From Bacteriovoracaceae bacterium (GTDB lineage Bacteria; Bdellovibrionota; Bacteriovoracia; Bacteriovoracales; Bacteriovoracaceae), in contig JBFGZE010000057.1 of the NCBI GenBank assembly GCA_041586955.1, positions 1 to 22,053 of the forward strand: DNA of 22,053 nucleotides, written 5' to 3'. Positions 15,299 through 22,053 of this stretch are shown here, in pieces (positions within the stretch are counted from its first letter, which is position 1; the number at the start of each line of letters is the position of its first letter). The notes below the pieces were generated by a model that made no database searches, was not told where the DNA came from, and worked only from the letters and a program-made list of their open reading frames with translations. The position numbers and the translations under genes were made by a program.

Positions 15299-16411
15299 TT
15301 ATTGGTTTTTTTCCTGATGCCCTAAGACCGCCTGGTACATTTCAACTAAAGGAAGAAAAGATTGTAGCGAGGGTGGAACCTCCACTTCTTTTTCCTTCGC
15401 CTTTTGACGAATATATATTTTTACTTTGGGGCCGCTTTCCGCTTTGGCCAAAAGAGAATGCAATTGGTAGAGCTTATTGAGAAAAGTTGCCTGTTGTCTT
15501 TTATTCATGAAAAAGGCCTTATGGCCATTGAGAAGATTCCATAAGCTACGCGGTTGCATATCCTTTTCTAAAATCTTAACAAGCCCCAGATAAACAATGG
15601 GGTCGGATTCGAAATTATCACCCATTAATATTAATTGATCGGGAATGCCGGTCATTAATAGGATATCGAGAAGGTGGTTCATTTTATAGAGACCTTGGAT
15701 CTTAAGGTCTTTGGGAGTCAAAACATTTTCAAAGAGTGAAAAGATCCGACGGTAATCTTTTAAGAAAATTCCAGCAGAGTAAATCCCATTGGCAAATAGC
15801 CAATCACGCATAGCATCTTCATAAAAATGAGGAGACGCCGAAAGAATAAAGGGAACATACCCATCATTGATATAATTCTTGAGAATATCGACACTTGAAG
15901 AGATCGTTGGAAAATCTCCGAGTGGACTAGTGAGGCTTTTCACCACCTCTTTTGTGGTGGAGTATTGGGTATGCACCAATGTTTTGTCGAAATCGCAAAT
16001 AATCAATTTTTTGGGCTCTGGAATTTTAAGTGGTAAATAATTGCCTAAATATATTTCAATACCGGGCCTATGACCGACTTCATAGACCAGCAGGGCGGTA
16101 ATATCCTTGCGTTCGCCATGCAGGGATATTTTCACATAAAGTGTGCCGAACTCATCTGTTTCATAGACTTTATTAAATACTTCCTTTTGTTCCTGGAGCC
16201 CAATAATTTTGATTTGGAATTGGCCAGAACGCAATTGTCGAAAGGATTGTATGGGATGACGAGCGTGCGGGAATTCACGTACCAACTCGCGCCCCAAGAG
16301 GCTTTTTTTGAAATTTTCAAGGGCCATGTTTTTATAATTCACAGAGGCCTTGAGCGTAATCCGCTCTTGGTTTTGTATGGCAATAAAGTGCACTAGATGT
16401 GGTCTTTTCAT
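15299..16411 (-). CDS. Cytoplasmic App1/DUF2183-like HAD phosphatase
   Basis: DxDxT motif (ICDFDKTLV), ILSASP, LYK and MGDNFESDP. An N-terminal beta-rich region contains TDEFG. Start is ATG 16411 or TTG 16414. Confidence 0.75.
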   Translation of the reverse strand: MKRPHLVHFIAIQNQERITLKASVNYKNMALENFKKSLLGRELVREFPHARHPIQSFRQLRSGQFQIKIIGLQEQKEVFNKVYETDEFGTLYVKISLHGERKDITALLVYEVGHRPGIEIYLGNYLPLKIPEPKKLIICDFDKTLVHTQYSTTKEVVKSLTSPLGDFPTISSSVDILKNYINDGYVPFILSASPHFYEDAMRDWLFANGIYSAGIFLKDYRRIFSLFENVLTPKDLKIQGLYKMNHLLDILLMTGIPDQLILMGDNFESDPIVYLGLVKILEKDMQPRSLWNLLNGHKAFFMNKRQQATFLNKLYQLHSLLAKAESGPKVKIYIRQKAKEKEVEVPPSLQSFLPLVEMYQAVLGHQEKNQ

Positions 16412-16477
16412 CAATACCTACTCTAGCATATAATATTAGAAAAAGAATATATTGATCCAAGACTAAGGAAAAAAAGA

Positions 16478-17197
16478 ATGATTCAAAATCCTACGATTCA
16501 TATTGAGCTGTTAGGGCCATTGCCCCTCTATATAGGAATGGGGATACAAATTCTAACCTCACTTATTTTAGGCGGTCTGGTGGGCTTTGACCGTGAGAAG
16601 AAAATGAAGGCGGCAGGGATTAAAACCAATATTCTCATTTGTCTTGGGGCAACGCTCTATACCTCAGTTTCTGTCCTCAATATTATTGACGGTTCGCAGA
16701 TCGCGGATCCCAATAGAACCGGAGCGCAAATTGTTAGCGGGATTGGTTTTTTGGGGGCCGGGGCGATTATTCAAGGTCGTGGTGGTGTCAAAGGGTTAAC
16801 CACCGCAGCATCAATTTGGGTGGTTGCGGCGATTGGTATGACTATTGGTGCTGGCTATCCACTGGTGGCGGCCCTTTTTACTTTTACTATTCTCTTTGTT
16901 CTTAAGGTACTCGATCCAGTCTATAGTTATCTTGAGTCTGAAAAGGACTGGCGTGATTATCATGTCGAAGTTTTGTCACGTGGAAAGGTCAAGGGGAAAG
17001 TTGTCCAGGTGATGACCTCAGAGGATTATGATGTGGACGAAGTCTTTGAAGAAATTCTAGATAGGGAAGCAGACTCTCGAATTCTTAATCTCACAGTGCG
17101 CCTGCATCCTCGCCGTGTTAATGAGTTGCGCAGGGACCTTAAAGATCTCATGCGGGTCGAAAAAGTAAATTTTAGAATGGTTGAAAAGCCCGAGTAA
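16478..17197 (+). CDS. MgtC/SapB family membrane protein
   Basis: LVGFDRE, AGIKT, DPNRTGAQIVSGIGFLGAGAI and GLTTAASIWVVAAIGM. A soluble C-terminal domain is ACT-like in length. Confidence 0.93.
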   Translation: MIQNPTIHIELLGPLPLYIGMGIQILTSLILGGLVGFDREKKMKAAGIKTNILICLGATLYTSVSVLNIIDGSQIADPNRTGAQIVSGIGFLGAGAIIQGRGGVKGLTTAASIWVVAAIGMTIGAGYPLVAALFTFTILFVLKVLDPVYSYLESEKDWRDYHVEVLSRGKVKGKVVQVMTSEDYDVDEVFEEILDREADSRILNLTVRLHPRRVNELRRDLKDLMRVEKVNFRMVEKPE

Positions 17198-17210
17198 TTG
17201 ATAAGACGGT

Positions 17211-17684
17211 TTAATCACAAGGCCCAAGTTTCAATTTCACATTGACAGTTTGTGGGCCACCAGCGGCGCTGGAATTGTCGATATGGACGTAGAGAGCTTC
17301 ATCCTTATACACGGGGTATAAATAATTTTGGGTATTAGTTCCTGAAGGAGTAATTGAGGGAATATGGCCATCAGGGATACTTATTCCTCCCAATTCAATA
17401 TCAAAAGTAATTGTTCCAGTCATAGAGCCATTAAAACTAATTGTTTGTTGGAGAATACAGCTATCGTAGGGAATGAGATAGGAGTTGGCACCAGAAGGGG
17501 GCGTCGTGCCAATAAAGATTCCGTTTCGGCCATAATAATAGCTATTTGTGGCGATTTGATTATGTTCGATCACAAAATTGACTTCGTATGGAGCACTATT
17601 ACCAGCGAGGTCATTGGGGTCGATATGAGTCTTATAGCAGGAAGTGAGGGCCAATAACGTAGTTAAAAAACAGAGGTTTTTCAT
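17211..17684 (-). CDS. Hypothetical lipoprotein
   Basis: Lipobox LALTS-C16 and a beta-rich mature part. Starts 8 nt after the FecR-domain gene ends. Confidence 0.8.
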   Translation of the reverse strand: MKNLCFLTTLLALTSCYKTHIDPNDLAGNSAPYEVNFVIEHNQIATNSYYYGRNGIFIGTTPPSGANSYLIPYDSCILQQTISFNGSMTGTITFDIELGGISIPDGHIPSITPSGTNTQNYLYPVYKDEALYVHIDNSSAAGGPQTVNVKLKLGPCD

Positions 17685-17692
17685 AATAATAC

Positions 17693-19402
17693 CTAGAAGA
17701 AAATGCTATAGGCCGATTCAATACCCAAAGAACGATAGGTTGTTTGTTCTAAATTAATCGTTTTATAGCGCGTAATAAAATTGAGGGAATGGTTTTTCTT
17801 TGTGCCCACAAGTCTTGTGAGTCCTAAGCGCATCGCCTTCCCCCCCTCGGTAAAGAATTCATTATTAGAAGCGGGAAATATGCTGGTATAACCTGCTAGA
17901 AGAGACCAGTTTTGATTAAGGGGCGTCTTTACTTCAAAATCGATCTTGGGAGTGAAGAGGTTGCGTGGGTAAATATATAAATGAAGTTGATTGTCCGGCT
18001 TCATTTGCAAATAGGTGTCATGTTCAAAAATAAGTCGGCCAGCAACAATAAATTCAGAGGAGAGTTGGTATCTCATGCCGATACCTGTGCTGAATGCCCC
18101 GTGGTCTGTTTCATCTTCATCTACTTTCTTGTCGGGGTTTTCAAAATTTTTGCGATCATAATTATGAAGGTTTAAACCGAGGTGGAATAGCCACGTACGG
18201 CGAGGGGAGGTTGCGATTTCCGCTAAAAAACGGGCCCCCATTCTCATTCCTTTAAAAGTTGTTGCTTTATTATCGCCACTGCTTTCGCTTTGTGGTGTGA
18301 CAAATTTTGGACGGTGTAAATCAGCAAAAAATTGAACCCCATAACGCCGCTTTTTTTCAAAGGCGATTATCGGTATGTCATGGCCTGGGGCATAGTCTTT
18401 GGGGAGTGGTTTATATTCAATTAAGCGATTTAAGGCCGCCGCTGTTTTCTTTGCCGTCTTAGAGTTATTGATGGCGACAAAGCCTTTATGAACGTCGAGT
18501 TTAATCCCCTTGCTGGGGATATATTGACCTGTTTTGCTATCAACCGTGCCTAAGTCGGCCAAAGTATCTGTTGTGGGAGGAATAAAGATTGCCGAATTAA
18601 AGTCGACAAAACCACCATTTTTGGGGACTTCTCCATTGTTTTGCAATTCTTCTTCTGTATCTGGAGCGTAGAGATCCTTTTTCTCTTCTTCGGTTAGCGC
18701 CAGTGATTTGACGGCCTTCGCTTTGGTACTATTGTCTAATGTATCGTTAGACTTCATGGCCATCAATTGGGCGGGGTTGACTTTTTGCGGTGCCGTAACC
18801 TCTGCTTTATGAAGGTAACTAGTGGAAGCACGGCCTTTGCGAACCAAAGTGGCCTCGTTATTATCAACCGCTTGTGTGACTTCGCTTTCAATGTCTTCTG
18901 TCGAGGGCATGGCCGTTGATTTGGCCATCGCCACCTCTCCTTCTAATGTCACCAGCGAGGTCACTTTATTTTGTTGATTGACGACAACAATAAATTCTGT
19001 CCCACGAACACCCAACGCGGCACTTGGGGTCTTTATATAGAGCTTTGATTTATTATGCTTTTTTTTACTCTCTTTAATGACCTTGGCCTTTAGATTGCCG
19101 ATTAAGAGCGTGACGATAGAGCGCTCTTTAGGTCGCACTTTATTGAGAACAATTTTACTTTTTGGACCGAGGGTAATGGAGCTACCATCTGAGAGAACCT
19201 TTAATTTGATAAAACTCTTATCGCGAGTCAAAATAGAGGTGTCTTCAGTAAGCCGGTCACCTCGTTTGAGCCAAGTGGGATTTGAGGTTCCAGGAGAGAG
19301 TTGGCTGGCCTGTCCTTTAAGAACGGTGACTTCAGCGTAAAACGGGGTAGCAGAGGCGGAGTTAAATAATAACCCTAACGCCAAAAAAAGTACGAATTTC
19401 AT
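17693..19402 (-). CDS. Exported FecR-domain protein with probable C-terminal outer-membrane beta-barrel
   Basis: Signal peptide (..NSASA-T). FecR motifs DGSSITLGPKSK, IKTPSAALGVRGTEF and VTLEGEV. The last ~220 aa show alternating amphipathic strands and end in AYSIFF. Confidence 0.8.
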   Translation of the reverse strand: MKFVLFLALGLLFNSASATPFYAEVTVLKGQASQLSPGTSNPTWLKRGDRLTEDTSILTRDKSFIKLKVLSDGSSITLGPKSKIVLNKVRPKERSIVTLLIGNLKAKVIKESKKKHNKSKLYIKTPSAALGVRGTEFIVVVNQQNKVTSLVTLEGEVAMAKSTAMPSTEDIESEVTQAVDNNEATLVRKGRASTSYLHKAEVTAPQKVNPAQLMAMKSNDTLDNSTKAKAVKSLALTEEEKKDLYAPDTEEELQNNGEVPKNGGFVDFNSAIFIPPTTDTLADLGTVDSKTGQYIPSKGIKLDVHKGFVAINNSKTAKKTAAALNRLIEYKPLPKDYAPGHDIPIIAFEKKRRYGVQFFADLHRPKFVTPQSESSGDNKATTFKGMRMGARFLAEIATSPRRTWLFHLGLNLHNYDRKNFENPDKKVDEDETDHGAFSTGIGMRYQLSSEFIVAGRLIFEHDTYLQMKPDNQLHLYIYPRNLFTPKIDFEVKTPLNQNWSLLAGYTSIFPASNNEFFTEGGKAMRLGLTRLVGTKKNHSLNFITRYKTINLEQTTYRSLGIESAYSIFF

Positions 19403-19437
19403 CCATGAATCCTATTTCTCTTATTTACATCTTTTTT

Positions 19438-19466
19438 AGTATGTCGAAAGGAAATTGATATGACAA
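19438..19466 (-). promoter_or_regulatory. Sigma70-like promoter for the FecR-lipoprotein pair
   Basis: Minus strand TTGTCA (19466-19461)-N17-CATACT (19443-19438). Confidence 0.55.
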
Positions 19467-19580
19467 GGGAGCGGGAATCCGCTAAGCAGGTCTATGATTA
19501 TTACCATTTTTGGGTTAGCAGACTCTTTTGGTTGCGTATTCTCGCTTGACGCGGGATTTGAAATTAACTCTGGTCGTAGT

Positions 19581-20873
19581 TTAAGGACTGTTCTTCAAAA
19601 GATTAATTTCAATGAAAGTATGATGGCCTTCTTGTACTACCGCTTCAATAATTCTGGGTTTGAGTTGACTAGCGGACACCCTGAATTTTAAAACCATAGG
19701 ACTGCCGTGTCGGTTTATGCGGCCTTCAAATGAAGACCTTAATAAACCTTTTCTCGACGTTTTAGCAATACCTTGAAGCTGGGGTAGGAACTGCTTTAGG
19801 AAAGGTAGTTTAACATTTCTTGGGTCATTCAATAGCTCTATTGTGAGATCTTCATCATTAAGTCGCAAATCTATAGGAATATGAACAAAAAAATTAAGAC
19901 GAAATTTGGTTAATTTTTTCTTTGAGTGAAATGGGCGAGTTTTTTGTCCTTTTAAATGGGCCAAAATCGCAGGCATGGATGGGTGTTTACAAGTTTTTTG
20001 TTTGAGGCACCGACGAGGAATGTTGGCGATTCCTGGCCATTCCGATTTTGAGTGAGATGCTGGAACTAGAATAAAAGGAACACGCTTTGTTTTAACGAAA
20101 TGATGATAAGAGGTGATTTCATCTTCATCATAATGGGGACGTATCGAGGTCGCCCTAAAATGATCTGCTCGTGCAGAATAAATGGGAACCATATTATCAT
20201 CTTCTCCCAGATGAATACCATGGCGCCAAGTATGGCCCGCGATGGCCAACGGGCGAATCCCAAGATCTGAATGAAAGATTTGCTCAAAGTTATTTTTTAA
20301 CTCTAAGATAATATCTGAAGCATAGGACATATCATTTAATTCTTTTTTACCAAAAGGTGAAACGGGATTTTTTCTTTGAAAGGGAAGGGGGAATAAAACG
20401 CGACGACCAATGTTGGCGGTATCCGCTCCCCAATAGGGAGTACCCAGAGTAATAAAGCTATCAAACATATTATGTAATTGATACAAACGCGATTGAGGAG
20501 GGGCGGTTTGAACTTGTCTTAAAAACAATTGTCCGACAAGGCCACCTTGGGAATGCATGATAAGTGAAATTTTATCGTTAGCTTCTAACGAGTGAACGTT
20601 GGTTTTTTTGAGAATGAATTGACCTAATAAATGGGCAAAATATTTTGTGTTAAAACGACTGTCTCCGGTAGGATATTCGAAAGAATAAATCTGATGACAG
20701 GAGTTATTCTTATTGAGAGTTTTACGCAGATATTTTTCCATGTGACCGAATGAGTTTTTATTCCCTCCTACACCATGAACCAAAAAAATGAATTGCCTTT
20801 TATCTGGGCATTTCTCTTGTGCCTGTGTGATGATTGAAAAGAATAATCCTATTAAAAATATTGACGCGCGCAT
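19581..20873 (-). CDS. Secreted alpha/beta hydrolase (lipase/esterase, PGAP1/DUF676-like)
   Basis: Signal peptide, oxyanion LVHG, nucleophile elbow MHSQGG, ITLGTPYWGA, DDNMVP and ASH. RBS AAGGAGG. Confidence 0.85.
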   Translation of the reverse strand: MRASIFLIGLFFSIITQAQEKCPDKRQFIFLVHGVGGNKNSFGHMEKYLRKTLNKNNSCHQIYSFEYPTGDSRFNTKYFAHLLGQFILKKTNVHSLEANDKISLIMHSQGGLVGQLFLRQVQTAPPQSRLYQLHNMFDSFITLGTPYWGADTANIGRRVLFPLPFQRKNPVSPFGKKELNDMSYASDIILELKNNFEQIFHSDLGIRPLAIAGHTWRHGIHLGEDDNMVPIYSARADHFRATSIRPHYDEDEITSYHHFVKTKRVPFILVPASHSKSEWPGIANIPRRCLKQKTCKHPSMPAILAHLKGQKTRPFHSKKKLTKFRLNFFVHIPIDLRLNDEDLTIELLNDPRNVKLPFLKQFLPQLQGIAKTSRKGLLRSSFEGRINRHGSPMVLKFRVSASQLKPRIIEAVVQEGHHTFIEINLLKNSP

Positions 20874-21064
20874 TCCCCCTCCTTAAAAGGAGTTTAGCTA
20901 TTTGTTGTCATTGTAAAACTGAAATTTCCTTGTCATGTAATTATAAGAATAATATTGATTAAGAGAATTTATGAAAACAAGGCCTTATTGTTTTCGCTGC
21001 ACTATATTTTATTGTATACACCAATTTTGCATTTAATTACTTAGAGGACTTTAAAATGCCTAGA

Positions 21065-21092
21065 ATCCTTGCTCCTTTCTCCTTGCTCCTTG
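21065..21092. repeat. Four tandem 7-nt repeats
   Basis: Plus strand ATCCTTG CTCCTTT CTCCTTG CTCCTTG; minus strand CAAGGAG CAAGGAG AAAGGAG CAAGGAT. Confidence 0.9.
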
Positions 21093-21151
21093 TGGGAGGG
21101 TGGATGGGAGAGAATTCGTTTTTAACCCAAGATGGGTCGCAGTGAAAAATT

Positions 21152-22053
21152 TTAAAGTGTCCTATAAATAATATTTAAATGTTTAGAGATTTCTTTGATT
21201 GGAATCATAAATGAGATTTCATTCTTGAGCACTTCTCTATATTTGGAGTCATCACTCATCATTGTTAATTCATTTGAAGAGAACGGAAAGTTTTTTCCAT
21301 GATTACCCCAGATGAGCCCCACAAGTTCACCCGTTTCTTTATCAAAAACAGCAGAACCACTGTCACCATTTGAGACGTCACATCCTATGCCGACAGACTC
21401 TTTCGTAAAAACCTCTCCTAGCTCTGAATGATCAAGAAGTATCCTGCAATCTTCTGATGCGTCCACTTTAATAGATTGTTCTTCATTTTTATAAAATCCG
21501 CGGCCAAAAGTGATCAGCTCTTGACCTTTATAGTTTTTGCCCAACTTAATATTTGAGATTTCTGCTAAAAAGGGATTGTCGACAACTTTAATAATGGCCA
21601 TATCTATTTCTGGGATTGTTTTAACGACTTGTTCACATATTAAGTCTAGATCATTTATATTAAGTTTCATCGATATGTCTTGGCATTGTTTATTTCTAAT
21701 AACATGTTCGTTTGTAAGAACAAGATTACTTCCAAGGTAATATGCACTTGCATCATTAATTGTGACAAATCTGCGATAATTATTTAAGTTCTTGATCGAT
21801 AACTTCTCCACCTGAACATGTTCTCGGTCCCACTTATCTCCGACTTGAAAATTGTTTCCAAATTTCAAAGAGGCATCGTGTTTTATATTTAAATATATAT
21901 CAGGGGTGCCAAGTAATTGCACAGACCTAATGGCCACTTCTTTATAATTTGTAGGTGTTGAACAAAACGCTAAATCAATCATGGCATTTTCTAATAACTG
22001 ATATGACTCTTCTTTGGATCGAGATTCATCCAACATTTTAAATGAGCTTTCCA
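21152..22053 (-). CDS. Trypsin-like (S1) serine protease, probably 5'-truncated by the window edge
   Basis: Catalytic triad motifs LTNEHV, IDMAII and GDSGS. The frame stays open from ATG 22036 to the window end, so the true start may lie outside. Confidence 0.85.
   Translation of the reverse strand, partial: ESSFKMLDESRSKEESYQLLENAMIDLAFCSTPTNYKEVAIRSVQLLGTPDIYLNIKHDASLKFGNNFQVGDKWDREHVQVEKLSIKNLNNYRRFVTINDASAYYLGSNLVLTNEHVIRNKQCQDISMKLNINDLDLICEQVVKTIPEIDMAIIKVVDNPFLAEISNIKLGKNYKGQELITFGRGFYKNEEQSIKVDASEDCRILLDHSELGEVFTKESVGIGCDVSNGDSGSAVFDKETGELVGLIWGNHGKNFPFSSNELTMMSDDSKYREVLKNEISFMIPIKEISKHLNIIYRTL

Noticed and set aside
15084..15480. Plus-strand ORFs 15084-15317 and 15274-15480
   Set aside because: No SD or motifs; they overlap the C45 promoter and the HAD gene on the opposite strand.
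20905..20945. Pho-box-like TTGTCAT repeats upstream of the alpha/beta hydrolase
   Set aside because: The two copies are 25 nt apart, not in the 11-nt period of Pho boxes.
21094..21108. G-quadruplex candidate GGGAGGGTGGATGGG
   Set aside because: Only three G3 runs; better explained as the pairing partner of the adjacent repeat.
5834..21740. Remaining short ORFs nested in or overlapping larger genes (e.g. 6048-6347, 7355-7660, 13569-13880, 16070-16396, 17364-17657, 19077-19340, 19494-19691)
   Set aside because: Shadow ORFs of well-supported genes, with no independent coding signal.
1..22053. CRISPR array, tRNA/rRNA, transposase/integrase, or known anti-phage defence genes
   Set aside because: I found no repeat-spacer periodicity, cloverleaf, terminal inverted repeats or recognisable catalytic motifs by eye.

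Overview
Gene-dense bacterial chromosomal window with no tRNA/rRNA, CRISPR array or mobile element that I can see. It opens with a housekeeping block: the 3' end of rpsO, a terminator, a strongly structured leader, then pnp-dut-small protein-[2Fe-2S] ferredoxin with a long basic tail. An accessory region rich in hydrolases follows. It holds two App1/DUF2183-like HAD phosphatases (one secreted), a stand-alone phnD-phnC-phnE ABC importer, a gingipain-like C25 peptidase and an RlmM-like methyltransferase. It also holds a beta-lactamase-fold serine hydrolase coupled to a small Cys-containing partner, a C45 Ntn-hydrolase, MgtC, a FecR-domain/beta-barrel protein with a lipoprotein, a secreted alpha/beta hydrolase and a 5'-truncated trypsin-like protease. 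The gene content suggests a predatory Bdellovibrionota (Bacteriovorax/Halobacteriovorax-like) genome; this is inference, not a database result. Best leads: the split serine hydrolase/partner module, a 4x7-nt AAGGA tandem repeat resembling CsrA sites, an apparent catalytic Lys-to-Gln change in the RlmM-like enzyme, the ferredoxin-tail fusion in the pnp operon, an RDD-like extension on PhnE, and the FecR-barrel architecture. All family calls come from motif recognition by eye.
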